Below are positions 21,608 to 33,174 of a stretch of 37,657 bases of DNA, piece after piece. The translations under genes were made by a program, and so were the position numbers. The notes under the pieces were generated by a model. It saw only the letters and a list, made by a program, of their open reading frames with translations, did not search any database and was not told the DNA's origin. Source of the stretch: Nemertoderma westbladi (Eukaryota > Animalia > Xenacoelomorpha); contig JAUCBJ010004890.1 in NCBI GenBank assembly GCA_032718475.1, forward strand, positions 1 through 37,657, given 5' to 3'. The stretch's first letter is position 1. Each line of letters opens with the position of its first letter.

Positions 21608-22101
21608 GACTACAGATTAGAATACACATGAACTACTAATAAGATTGTATAATTGTTGGGGAAGCAATAAAAATTAAATTCAGGACTACAAATAAAAATA
21701 CACAAATAAAATGGTCAGTGCTTTAATCTAAAAATGGTTATGGGTGGGATGATTTGAAATTTGTTACTTAAAATTGTCAAATATTTAGATAAAATAAATA
21801 TAAAAAAAACAAACTTAGTAAAGGAACTGCGATGCATTGTTTGTGGACTACAGATTAGAATACACATGAACTACTAATATGATTGTATAATTGTTGGGGA
21901 AGCAATAAAAATTAAATTCAAGACTACAAATAAAAATACACAAATAAAATGGTCAGTGCTTTAATCTAAAAATGGTTATGGGTGGGATAATTTAAAATTT
22001 GTTACTTAAAATTTTTCTGTCAATTTACTGTCAAAAATTCTGTCAAGTATTTAGATAAATAAAGGTAGAAAAACAAACTTAGTAAAAGAACTGCGATGCA
22101 T
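21608..22101. repeat. Diverged tandem duplication (about 240 bp) in the LINE 3' UTR
   Basis: ggactacagattagaatacacatgaac...gaactgcgatgcat at 21608-21837 and 21846-22101. Confidence 0.88.
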
Positions 22102-22144
22102 GTTTATGAATTAAGTGGGTTAATAGTGTGCAAGTAATTGTGAT

Positions 22145-25100
22145 TCATGCGTCGGTTAGAGTATTTAAGTAATGGCGCTTTACTTGGTGTTTAAAAGACT
22201 CTAGTGTCGTTGCCTCTGTTACACAGTTCGGTAGGGCGTTCCAGAACGCTGGGCCTCGATAGTCGAATGAGTTCTGTGCGAATTTAGTATTCTTATGGGG
22301 GATCGATGCTTTTGTTCTCGGGGTTCGTGTTGATCGTGTGTTTTTATTGAAGTTAACCATATCTTGGATGTAACTCGGTGAGGTTCCGCGCTGGGTCTTG
22401 TACATAAGAGTTACCAGATTTTGTTGCACTCGATATTCTATTGGTAGCCAGTTTATGGTTTTGTAGTGCGATGGATAGATGTGGCTGCGGTCCTCTAAAG
22501 ATAAGCAATATCGAATGCACTTCCGCTGCAGTGCCTCAAGCTTGTTGCGCCAGATTGAGCTGATTGAGTAGAACCAGACAGCAGCAGCATAGTCCATGAG
22601 TGGCTGTATCAGCGCGTTACATAGTAGGCGACGTAGGTTGTAGTCTAGTACCCCGGAGAATCGGTAAAGAAATTTTAATCTAGAATTCCCTTTCTTGACT
22701 ATCGCGGTGATCATAGACTCTCCGTTCATTGATTGGTCTAGTTTGCAACCCAGGTATGTGACAACAGTTCGGTTCGATATGGGTTTCCCGTTACAAGTGA
22801 CTGCTAGTGGTGCACTGGACGCCAAACGTTGGTTCGTTCCAAACAAGATGGTTTCTGTCTTGCCTAAGTGTAGCGTGAGTCGATTGTCTATGAGCCAAGA
22901 CTGGGTGTTTTCGAGATTTCGTGTAAGCGTTTGGGAAATTGTCTCGGCATCTTCTTCTGAAGCTACGTGAGCGAGATCGTCTGCAAACTTTGGCGTCGGA
23001 CAGTCTACCGCCTGATCGGAGTCGTTTATTTGCGACAGGAATAACAATACCGGAAGGATCCCGCCCTGGGGTAAGCCATCGTCGAGTGGAAGTTCGTCGG
23101 AGGATGTACCCTGGATACTCACAACCTGGCTGCGTTTCGATAGATATGATTTAAACCAGTTGACTGATGAATTGTCCAGCCCCATGTGTTTCAGTTTCAT
23201 TAGAACGATGTCATGGTTTACCGTATCAAATGCTTTCTTTAGGTCTATCAGTACCATTCCTGTCAGCTTTCCGAGATCGGCTGCGTTTCGTATGTAATTG
23301 TCTAGAAATATTAAACAGGTTTCGGTTGAGTATCCTTTTAAGAATCCTGATTGGAGCTTTGATAAAATCTTACTTGATATATAGTATGAATAGACCTGGT
23401 CATATACCACACGTTCTAGGATTTTGGCGAGGATAGGCAGTAGGGATAGGGGGCGATGGTTTTCTCTCAATATCAGTGAGCCTTTCTTTTTGTGCACAGG
23501 TGTTACCTTAGCTAGTTTCAGGGATGATGGGAAAGTACTTGTTGCTATGGAGACGTTAACAATGTGCGTGATAGGCTTCGACAATTCCTTGTGGCCGTCT
23601 TTGTATAGTCTTGCGGGCAGTCCGTCGATTCCAGGGCTTTTATCAGTGTTCAGCTTAGACATGATATCAGAAACCTCGTCGGTTGTTGTTTGTTGTATAG
23701 TGAAACTATCTCTTTGAATTCCCATCGATTGGTAGTACCGCGCAACCGAATCTTCCCCGAACCGTCCAGATGGCGGGGGCAGCTGGTTAACTAGTTCCTT
23801 CGCAATTGACGTAAAGAATGTATTAAATGTATCAGCAATTTGTTTTGGTTCGTGTACTAGAGCTCTGCCATTGTGGATTTTTGTTATGGCCGACGACTTG
23901 GTTTTCTTTACTGGCATTCCTAGGGACTTTAATGTTTTCCATAGCTTTTTGTGGTCGGTCCTGTTATTTTCGATTTGGGTCCGTATGTAGGCTTTCTTAG
24001 CCTCTTTGATGGCGTTAGTGGCAACGTTCCTTTGTTTTTTGAAATCAGTTTCATTTATGACAGTGCGGTTGTGTTTCAGTTTTGAAAATGATTTGTCCCT
24101 TACTATTATCAGCTGTAGAAGTTCTGGTGTAAGCCATGGTTCCGAATGTGTCTTGATTCTTATATCCCTGTTTGGGGCTATTGAATCCAGTATTGAAGTT
24201 AGCTGAGTAGTGAGGACGTTGACGGCTGTGTCGACATCAGTAATTAGACTGATATTCGATATAGCATCGTTGCGCGCTATCATATTGGATACGGCTGCGG
24301 GGGAATATTCCTTATAGCTTCTGGCATTAATTATACGAGGAGGAACTGCATCCGGTTTGACTTTCTTTCTAGTTATATGAACTATGTAGTGGTCGCTGAT
24401 ACCAACCTCAATAACACCATAGTCAGTAACCTTGTCAGCCAATGATGTAGTGTAGATGTGGTCTATGAGGGTAGCTGTTGTGTTGGTTACACGAGTGGCC
24501 TCCTTGATAATCTGTTTTGCACCAACCGAGTTGCAGTAAGAAATGACTACATTTTTGTCCCCAATCTGTCTGGGGTCATTCGATAACATATCGACGTTCA
24601 CATCACCCAGAATGAAAATTTCGCGTAGTTCACCGATGCTTCCAATTCCTGTTTCTAGAGTGTTGAAGAAGTGTGTAACTGAAGATGATGGTGGACGATA
24701 AACCGAGCCGATTAGGATTCTAGGTGTTTGTGGGAGTAAGAGAAAACCAAACAGTCCTTCAATATCCAGATTATTTAGTGTATCACAGGGTTCCAGTGTT
24801 AGATTATTTTTCGTATAGATAGCTACACCTCCGTGTCCATTTTCTATTCTGTCTTTCCTTGTGACATAGTATCCGGATATTTCTATCTCATTGTCCGACA
24901 CTGAGTCATCTAACCACGTCTCAGAAACAGTAATTATGTGTAAGTTTGCCATTCTTGCTATGATCCGCAGTTCTTGTAATTTGCTTTTCAAACTTTGAAC
25001 ATTTAGGTGAATTATATGGATCCCAGGGCGATTAAACTTCGTAATCCATGGGTAAAGTTCATGACGCGGCGCGGCAGACCCAGCCGGGGTCCGGTGTGGT

Positions 25101-25525
25101 GCTACAGACCTGGCCGGGGTCCGGTGAGGCGCCAGAGACCCTGCTGGGGTCCGGTGTGGCGCGACAGACCCTGCCGGGGTCTGGTGTGGCGCGACAGACC
25201 CTGCCGGGGTCCGGTGTGGCGCGGTAAACCCTGCCGGGGTACGGTGTGGTACTACAGACCCTGCCAGGGTCCGTTGTGGCGCTACAGACCCTGCCGGGGT
25301 CCGGTGTGGTGCGGTAGACCCTGTCGGGGTCCGTTGTGGCGCTACAGACCCTGCCAGGGTCCGGAGTGGCGCGGTAGACCCTGTCGGGGTCCGTTGTGGC
25401 GCTACAGACCCTGCCGGGGTCCGGAGTGGCGCGGTAGACCCTACCAGGGTCCGGTGTGGCGCGCTAGACCCTGCCGAGGTCTGGTGTGGCGCCACAGGCC
25501 CTCCCGGGGTCCGGTGTGGCGCCAT
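22145..25525 (-). CDS. LINE ORF2: AP endonuclease plus reverse transcriptase, with an N-terminal 10-aa repeat
   Basis: APE motifs HLNVQSL, SETWL, GGVAIY, VYRPP, GDVN, IDHI, SDH. RT motifs KSPGIDG, RPLSLLP, QSGF, DLKKAFDTV, PQG, FADD, YLG. C-terminal WNALP. Confidence 0.95.
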   Translation of the reverse strand: MAPHRTPGGPVAPHQTSAGSSAPHRTLVGSTAPLRTPAGSVAPQRTPTGSTAPLRTLAGSVAPQRTPTGSTAPHRTPAGSVAPQRTLAGSVVPHRTPAGFTAPHRTPAGSVAPHQTPAGSVAPHRTPAGSLAPHRTPARSVAPHRTPAGSAAPRHELYPWITKFNRPGIHIIHLNVQSLKSKLQELRIIARMANLHIITVSETWLDDSVSDNEIEISGYYVTRKDRIENGHGGVAIYTKNNLTLEPCDTLNNLDIEGLFGFLLLPQTPRILIGSVYRPPSSSVTHFFNTLETGIGSIGELREIFILGDVNVDMLSNDPRQIGDKNVVISYCNSVGAKQIIKEATRVTNTTATLIDHIYTTSLADKVTDYGVIEVGISDHYIVHITRKKVKPDAVPPRIINARSYKEYSPAAVSNMIARNDAISNISLITDVDTAVNVLTTQLTSILDSIAPNRDIRIKTHSEPWLTPELLQLIIVRDKSFSKLKHNRTVINETDFKKQRNVATNAIKEAKKAYIRTQIENNRTDHKKLWKTLKSLGMPVKKTKSSAITKIHNGRALVHEPKQIADTFNTFFTSIAKELVNQLPPPSGRFGEDSVARYYQSMGIQRDSFTIQQTTTDEVSDIMSKLNTDKSPGIDGLPARLYKDGHKELSKPITHIVNVSIATSTFPSSLKLAKVTPVHKKKGSLILRENHRPLSLLPILAKILERVVYDQVYSYYISSKILSKLQSGFLKGYSTETCLIFLDNYIRNAADLGKLTGMVLIDLKKAFDTVNHDIVLMKLKHMGLDNSSVNWFKSYLSKRSQVVSIQGTSSDELPLDDGLPQGGILPVLLFLSQINDSDQAVDCPTPKFADDLAHVASEEDAETISQTLTRNLENTQSWLIDNRLTLHLGKTETILFGTNQRLASSAPLAVTCNGKPISNRTVVTYLGCKLDQSMNGESMITAIVKKGNSRLKFLYRFSGVLDYNLRRLLCNALIQPLMDYAAAVWFYSISSIWRNKLEALQRKCIRYCLSLEDRSHIYPSHYKTINWLPIEYRVQQNLVTLMYKTQRGTSPSYIQDMVNFNKNTRSTRTPRTKASIPHKNTKFAQNSFDYRGPAFWNALPNCVTEATTLESFKHQVKRHYLNTLTDA

Positions 25526-25600
25526 AGACCCAGCCGGGGTCCGGTGTGGCGTGACAGACCCAGCCGGGGTCCGCTGTGGCGCGACAGACCCAGCAGTGGT
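25071..25600. repeat. 30-bp tandem repeat (about 17-18 units) between LINE ORF1 and the endonuclease domain
   Basis: Consensus CCCTGCCGGGGTCCGGTGTGGCGCTACAGA; encodes APHRTPAGSV-like decapeptides in the ORF2 frame. Confidence 0.95.
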
Positions 25601-25615
25601 CCAGTGCGGACATAG

Positions 25616-26815
25616 TCAGTATGTGTCTCTGGTGGATACAGATCTACTCGTTGATCTGCTGCGAGGTTCGGGGGACTGTGTTGGGGTAACTTCTGTACCA
25701 TCGGAGTTAGTAGGCTGTGTGTGACCAGGTTGGGTTAGAGGCACTCCTTCAACGACGTGGCCGTGGCGGATAATCCATCGTTTTTCTGGTCTTGTCGCTT
25801 GCATAGTACGTCGTTCTTTGCGCAGTTCAAACTGTAGCCGACTTTCCTCTGGGGTGTAGTCCGGCGAGATGTAAAGGTTTTTGAGGTGCTCGATTTGGCG
25901 TAGTTCGCGGGCTTTCCGCAGGAGAATACTTTGTTTCTCATGCGGTATTGTGACTACTAGTGGTTGTGGCTGGTTGGTTTGTTGTTTTCCAACACGTCTT
26001 GTTGTTATCTCGTCGCGGTTCAATGAAACACCCAGTGTGTCAGCGATATCGATTACCACTTTCTTGTCATCTACGTCAGTTGATCCTTTTATGACAATGT
26101 TGCATTTCCTTTTATTCTGTTCCGCCTCTTCATGTTTTAATTGTCTCGTTAGAACAGCTAGGTTTGTTGGTTGACTCGTCTTTTTGGCCTTGGATGCGTA
26201 GGTTGTCCACTCCCCTGAGTCGTTGCCAGGTTCAACGTTTGCAACTGCTGCGACTGATTCTTCTATTTTTGTTTGTAGCTCTTCAACATTGTTTTCGATG
26301 TCCACTCGCAGTTCTTTGAGCCTGGTGGCCGTAGCTTGTTTGTTGTCCTTCATATTTTTCTCAAGTTGTGTAATACCCAACTCAAGCTTGTTTGATTTTG
26401 TTCGAGCTACATCTAGTTGTTGTTGGAGTAGCTGGATTTTCTCGTTTAGTCGTGATTCGACGTTCTCGAGGTCTTTCGAGGCTCGGGACAATCGTTTACC
26501 AACGCATCGGCCACAGTAAAAATCTATCTGCCCAAAGTCTGTTCCAGTCGCAGCGATGCATATCATTGCGATTGTACAGTTTCCTCCGGAGCAATATACT
26601 TCGATTTCATCGTGGCCGTCGTTCCGTAGTGGACCAGTGGCGGTTTGTTTGGGCAGCTGTTTTTTTGGCGGAAAGTCGGAATTAGTTGTTTTGTTTTCTC
26701 TTTTTTCCGTCGCAGAGTTGCTTGTTGAGCCGGGAGAAGTTAGTCGGCGATTGGCGACAGCATTAATGCTCTGGCGACGCCTACCACTTCCGGCCGGTTG
26801 TGACGTCGATGACAT
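25616..26815 (-). CDS. LINE ORF1 protein (399 aa)
   Basis: Cys cluster resembling a degenerate PHD finger (CSGGNC..IC..FYCGRC), a long coiled coil, and RKCNIVIKG and LYISPDYTPEE..LRKE motifs typical of CR1/L2-group ORF1. Confidence 0.85.
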   Translation of the reverse strand: MSSTSQPAGSGRRRQSINAVANRRLTSPGSTSNSATEKRENKTTNSDFPPKKQLPKQTATGPLRNDGHDEIEVYCSGGNCTIAMICIAATGTDFGQIDFYCGRCVGKRLSRASKDLENVESRLNEKIQLLQQQLDVARTKSNKLELGITQLEKNMKDNKQATATRLKELRVDIENNVEELQTKIEESVAAVANVEPGNDSGEWTTYASKAKKTSQPTNLAVLTRQLKHEEAEQNKRKCNIVIKGSTDVDDKKVVIDIADTLGVSLNRDEITTRRVGKQQTNQPQPLVVTIPHEKQSILLRKARELRQIEHLKNLYISPDYTPEESRLQFELRKERRTMQATRPEKRWIIRHGHVVEGVPLTQPGHTQPTNSDGTEVTPTQSPEPRSRSTSRSVSTRDTY

Positions 26816-27562
26816 GTTTATCTCGTAGATTATCAGTTGCTGTTCCAGTAGTTCCGGAATATCGTTTTAAGCATACAAAGTTCCAATATAGCAATAAAAT
26901 TTATAATATAAATTTAATATAACTAGCAGGTTGAAGACTATGGAAGCATCATGGTATCATGGTATAACTCTTATCTGTGCCTTTCTGGGGGTACATGCTA
27001 AAAAGTTGCGAGTAGCAAGTGGAAGAAAGTACGGCCCTCCCAAGCCAAAACCATCTACTGTAAGTACTTTTTTCAAGATTCTGAGAAAATTGTGAGTAAA
27101 ACTTGAGGCTTGGCATTTGTCTCCATAGGGCCTATAGGTCTCTTTATATGTAGATTATGTTTTTAGGGGAATCACAGGCGTAGAATTATATTCTGATGCT
27201 TATTTTTGTAATAATGCATTGTATTTAATAAGAAATTTGAGTTAAACGGTAGTTTTATTCATACTTAATAGTAAAATAATTACCCCCAAAACCAGCTAAC
27301 GCGCGCCTAACAGGTAATGAAAAATTTTGATAACCAAACTGCTATCAATATCATTATATTTTTTGTGTAATATAGTTACACCAAAACCAATCTTCATGGC
27401 CAGCCTCCTTTAGGAGGCGCCTCAAGAAATTCCTGGGCTGTCTACCATACTTATTCACTCCATGTGGTCGCCAAAGTACAAGATTATGCTCAGACTGGTC
27501 CTCACGGCGAAAACAATGTCATGCAAAGCGTATGCGGCTCTGTAAACGCTCTACGCGTAAGT

Positions 27563-27622
27563 GCTATCATCCATAACGCTATCATCCATAACGCTATCAT
27601 CCATAACGCTATCATCCATAAC
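27563..27622. repeat. 15-bp tandem repeat x4
   Basis: (GCTATCATCCATAAC)4. Confidence 0.9.
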
Positions 27623-29518
27623 TACGTCTATAGAACGTTATTACCATTTAGTATTTAAGTGTTGTAGTGCGGTTCAGTACGAAAATAGGACTAGGTATAC
27701 GTTCACATATGTTCAATAGACGACTTGTACGTAGATTGTAGGCCTATACATTCCATCAAAATATGTTCTTGTTCTACATCGTTGTAATCTACTGTACTGA
27801 TGATGCTACTACATTATTCTTCACTTATTATCATATCGATAATTTTTTTATATTCGAGCGAAAGTAACAAATTAAGAATCAAATTAATTCACGTAACAAT
27901 TAATTGTTTCGGGTATTTTTTTTTTATTTTTACGCGTAAAAATGATTCATATAAAATCTAATGAGATTGTAGGCATCAACATCCACTAGAAACTGAAATT
28001 AATCTCAGCTGTACAAAATTTATAAATTTACTTATAGACTATGTAATTTATATATTGTAAGAAATTACAATTATAGGCATACAGTAGGCCTACATGGTGT
28101 TCATAGATTTTTTGAATAGCCTACGATAAAGTATACCGAGCTACAGTAATTTATTTAAATTACTGAAAAGCATAGGCTGTGGAGCCACAATATTAAATGC
28201 TTAATCTGTCGATATAGCGGTACAAAGTGTATTTTAGATTCTGATTTATTAATGCAGTAATACTGGTGTTTTACAGGTATCTCCAAGTAGCTGACTTTAT
28301 TAACAATATTGCTTCCATAATTGTGAGTCTTATACAGTATGTTCTCCAACTCCAATAACACAAGATGGGTCCTTCAAATCTGTTATAGATATACATAATT
28401 ACTAGTAAGTAAAAACATGTGAACAATATTGCCTCGTCTTTCTGGCTAATAATTCCGACGGGTAAGTACTAAAAGGTATACCGACCTATACGGAGCTATA
28501 CCGACCGATTACCGAGCTATACCGATCTATACCAAGCTATACCGACCTATACAATGGCTACTAAAAGGTATACCAACCTATAACAATACAAAAAAAGAGC
28601 TACACCGACCTATACCGCGCTAACACCGGCTTATACCGAACTACACCGAGCGAACACCAGCCTTTACCGACCTATAACAATACAATATACAGAGAAAAAC
28701 CGACTTATACTGAGCTATAACCCCAATAGAAACCCCAATATCCCCGCAATATCTCAAAAGTCCAATATTACCGCAATGCCTGTGCCTACTGTTACTACCA
28801 TCTCATTAAATACCACTGTATGTGAGATGGTACTATAGACCAGATTCATTGTACAGTATATCATTATTATCAAACAGTATTTGAATAGATGTGAAGGAAT
28901 AGCATTCTAGATATTAAAACAAAAACCTAAGGACCAGGAAAGTGGCAAATGGGCCACAAAGCCACCCAGTTATCGCAGATATACCTTTTAAATGTAATTT
29001 AAAAAGGAATCTCGGAAGTGTAGAAAATTTAACAAGAAATAAATTTCTCCGTGTAAAAATAATTTCTGAATGTCCCACTTCTATAATAAAAAATACCACA
29101 AAAGCATTTATATGCGGGCGGGGGGGGGGGGGGGGGGTAGCCTGCTCTTTTAAAGTAACCTGCTCTTTTCCCTTAACGTTTATAACGGTTGTCGGTTGTG
29201 GTTGTCTGATGTCGGCTGTCGGCGTAGCAATTACACCCAGTAAAGGTGGTCGTTACATCTCTGTATCGCATTGGTATAGCTTGGAATAGGTCTCTGTATA
29301 TATACCGATATTAGCGCGGTATAGCTCTGTATTGCATTATTATAGCTCAGTATAGGTCGGTATTGCTCTGTATTGTATTGATATAGGTCGGTAAAGGTCG
29401 ATGTTAGCTCGGCATGGTCGGTGTAGGCCGGTGTTAGCTCGGTATAGGTCGGTGTAGGCCGGTGTTAGCTCGGTATAGGTCGGTAAATTCATCATACATC
29501 ATCTCATTTATTCGTGTC

Positions 29519-30562
29519 TACATGAGAGTAAAAACCCAAGCGATCATTTTGTGAACATCCAATGATATTGCCTGTTTTATAAATGCTTTAAGTTGTTATG
29601 GGATGTTCTGTTTGATTGGTTGTTATGTGATTTACTTGCTAATCTTGGCCAGTATTAAATACACTAAATCAACAAGCACTGATCAATGTGTACAGATATA
29701 CAGTAGGAGTCAATATGTTTCACAGGAGGCATGATGGAGGGGGGAGGGGTGGGGGATTTTCGAAAACCTATCTTGGTGAATTAAAAGCACATCCCGGCGA
29801 ATTAGCAATGATAATTATTAAGTGAGGGAAAGGAACAGGTTGCTGTGGCAGGACAATGGATAGAATAATAATGATTTTTATTACGTACTATATTTATTAT
29901 TTATTTTGGAATAAAGATGTAAGGTAAAAAAAGCACGACATTGACATTTTCGTCGACATTGACGTCGTCGGGATGTGCAGTTTTCCGATGTCGGATTATA
30001 TTACTTTTCTCTGTAAATCTTTTCTCGCAATGGGTACCGGTACACGTATAATAATCTTTTTCACAATTCATTATTAGGGCCTACTGTATTACGTATTATT
30101 TACCTACATTAAATGTCCAGTTACTGCTGTATTGTACGATATGACAGTATTTTACAAAGATTAAAGCTGTAAAGAGGTCTGGCCTCTATCCTAGAACCTA
30201 GCACCTAGAGCAAGAGCCCATCAATTGTATTATATTCTTAAGTACATTCCTGCATTCTTTCATTATTACGTCAGTCACTGCAAACAATCACTCATAGCGT
30301 CATAGGCAGATAGGTACAGTAAGTGTGTTAGAGTCTGAGAGTACATGTAGAGCTACCAGCATACTGCTAATATTTAAATGTAAACTACTAAGTTACATTG
30401 ATCGCTTGTTGATTTAGTGCATTTAATACTGGCCAAGATTAGCAAGTAAATCACACAACAACCAATCAAACAGAACATCCCATAACAACTTAAAGCATTT
30501 ATAAAACAGGCAATATCATTGGATGTTCACAAAATGATCGCTTGGGTTTTTACTCTCATGTA
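29519..30562. mobile_element. MITE / non-autonomous DNA transposon with terminal inverted repeats of about 170 bp
   Basis: 29519-29689 (tacatgagagtaaaaacccaagcgatc...gatcaatgt) is the near-perfect reverse complement of 30395-30562. The TSD is ambiguous (TA, or a degenerate (a/t)t(c/t)gtgtct). Confidence 0.85.
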
Positions 30563-30680
30563 TTGTGTCTTAGGTCTTAGGTCCGGTACAGTAAAGCTGT
30601 AGAATTTTAAAACAATAGCTGATTTACAATATTCAAACATCTATCTATCAGTCTATAGTGGGCAAAGAACATACAGACAT

Positions 30681-30807
30681 ATACAGACATATACATATAC
30701 ATATTGTACTGTACATGATAACATAATACAAAAATCTATAATACAAATATACAGACATATACATATACATATTGTACTGTACATGATAACATAATACAAA
30801 AATCTAT
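30681..30807. repeat. Local tandem duplication (period 68 bp) at the 5' junction of the truncated LINE
   Basis: atacagacatatacatatacatattgtactgtacatgataacataatacaaaaatctat at 30681 and 30749. Confidence 0.85.
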
Positions 30808-30812
30808 TACAG

Positions 30813-33174
30813 TATTATGCCGATGATATTTTGAAATCCGGTATCGAAAAATTTGTACCTTTCACTAAAATTTCAAGTAATAAATCACATCCGCGCTTTA
30901 TAACGAAATTACAAAAGCGAAAGAAATTGTTATGGCGTCGTCGCCACACAGAAAACGGCCAAGAGGAGTATAAGAAATGTGCCAAGGCCGTTTCTAAAGG
31001 CATCTTTAGAGTGGCTTGTGCACGTGAAAACAAAATATTAACATCTGGCAAGCCTAACGCTATTTTTACTTATGTTAATAGCAAACGTAAAGTCAGATCG
31101 GGTATATCTGCGTTTAAAATGAATGGCAAAGTAATAATTGATGACACTACTAAAGCACATATATTTTCTGAAGTTTTTTCTGAGAATTTTACAAAGGATA
31201 ATGAATCAATGCCTATTTTTAACCGTAGAGTAGCTAATGGTGTACACATTTCCACTGTAGATTTTTCCCCTGGTGCTGTTTATTCTGTACTTAAGAATAT
31301 TAAGGCTAAATGTGGAAAAACTCCAGATGGTTTTCCCAGTTTTATTTTTGCGAAACTACCTAAATGTTTATCTGTTCCGTTGTCTATTTTATTTAAAGTA
31401 TCATTTGAATCTCACGCTTTACCCTCTATATGGCTCACTGCTAACATTATCCCCCTCTTTAAGAAGGGCAGCCACACTAATCCGTATAACTACCGCCCCA
31501 TTTCGCTTACATGTGTAACATGTAAAATAATGGAGTTATGTATCAAAAATGATGTATTATTGTACCTAAGGTTGCATAATATTATTAGTAAGTCGCAACA
31601 TGGATTTATGAAACGTCGCAGTACTTGTACTCAATTGCTTGACAGTACTAATAAATGGTTTAAGCTGCTTGACAGTCGCAGCTCTATAGACGTTATATAC
31701 ATAGATTTCGCCAAGGCGTTTGATTCTGTCGTTCACTGTAAACTTTTGGCTAAACTTGCTAGCTACGGTATCTCGGGTCACTTGTTATTGTGGATTGGTG
31801 CTTTTCTATGTAATCGTACCCAACAAGTCTTGGTTGGTAATACTATTTCTGTCGTAAGCAAAGTTATATCAGGTACAATTCAAGGAAGCGTTTTAGGGCC
31901 ATTATTATTTTTACTCTATGTTAATGATTTACCTGATATTATAGGTACCGGCACCTGTTGTAATTTATTCGCTGACGATCTCAAGTTGTACAGCAAATCA
32001 TCAGACATCCATTCATTGGCAGAAGCTCTCAAATCACTAGAGACTTGGGCAAATGAGTGGCAGGTCAAGATAGCTGCACACAAATGTTCAGTAGTTCATT
32101 TATCTACAACTTGTATAAAGGTGTCACCTGTGCAATACTTTCTTAATGGTAACCTTATAAAAAATGATGACTTTTGTAGAGATCTTGGTGTAATTGTGAA
32201 TCATGATTTGAAATTTGATCTTCACTACCGTGAACAAGTAAAGAAGGCGTATAGAGTAGTGAATATTTTATTTAAGTGTTTTTATACCGGTAACCTGAAA
32301 GCCATTTGTACAGCGTATAAGTCATATGCCAGACCATTACTAGAATATTGTACTGCCGTTTGCTCTCCATTTACGTTAGGTAGTATTGATTTAATCGAAC
32401 GGGTTCAGCGTTACTTCACCCGGCGTCTTTTTAAGCGCTGTAACCTCGGCAGCCGTAGTTACATGGAGAGAATTAATTTTCTTAAGCTACAACCTCTAGA
32501 AGTACGTAGGCATATTTATGATTTAAAAATGGTGTATAGTATTTTTCATAATGATGTTGATCTAAATTTTAATGACTTTTTCACTTTAAGTACCAATATT
32601 AGAAATAGAGGCCATAACCGTAAGCTTTTCAAATCGTTTTGCCGTCTACAAATTGTAAAAAACTCTTTTTCAAACAGAACTGTAGATATTTGGAATTCCT
32701 TACCCGAAGAAATTGTCATTTCTGCAAATGTAAATATTTTTACTGATAAATTGAAAGATGTTGATCTATTGCCATATTGTCATTTTAACAGATTTTTAAA
32801 TTAACCACATATATTTTTTATTTGTTTTTATTTATATTTAATCTACCAAATAGTTTTTAATATTTTTGTCATTTTTATAATAAGGATCAACAAATTATGT
32901 TTTTTTTACTTGATGATATAATCTCTGTTTACATGGTTTTATTTCGTTGGTCATTCTTGTAGTTTTATTGTTGTTGTTTGTATTTTAGCGTTTATCCCTC
33001 TATCTGTTGCCTTTGCCCTTCTACTTAAATGTGTATTTTATCCACCTGTAAGTGTAATTTTATATATCTAATTATAACTTCTAATTAGGTATTTGTACCT
33101 AGGTGGTGTTCCCCCTGTTTATATTTTATTCTTTAAAATTAAACTGAGTGTTTTAAATAAATAAAAATAAAAAA
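30813..33174 (+). mobile_element. 5'-truncated CR1-clade LINE (RT ORF 30831-32804 intact; ORF1 and endonuclease missing)
   Basis: YRPISLTCVTCKIME, QHGF, DFAKAFDSV, QGSVLGPLLF, FADD, RDLG, RPLLEYC, ERVQR, RGH.RKL, FSNR..WNSLP. T-rich 3' UTR ending in aaataaataaaaataaaaaa. The 5' boundary is approximate. Confidence 0.9.

Larger units (their letters stand above)
21316..26950 (-). mobile_element. Apparently full-length non-LTR retrotransposon, CR1/L2 group (L2/Crack-like)
   Basis: ORF1 plus APE-RT ORF2. The 3' end reads AATAAA-(TCAATA)n on the minus strand (21335-21316). Candidate TSD ATGGTAT at 21309-21315 and 26951-26957 (repeated again at 26959-26965). Confidence 0.88.

Noticed and set aside
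25464-25613. ATG 2 nt after the ORF1 stop as an ORF2 reinitiation codon
   Set aside because: It is out of frame with ORF2 and ends at a TAG after about 49 codons.
25007-25615. 202-aa plus-strand Cys/Arg/Trp-rich ORF (RPCRGPVWR repeats)
   Set aside because: It is the antisense reading of the 30-bp repeat in the LINE, with no independent support.
30831-32804. Stand-alone or domesticated RT (retron- or DGR-like system)
   Set aside because: It has typical CR1 RT and C-terminal motifs, a TTG pseudo-start and an A-rich tail, which fits an ordinary 5'-truncated LINE.
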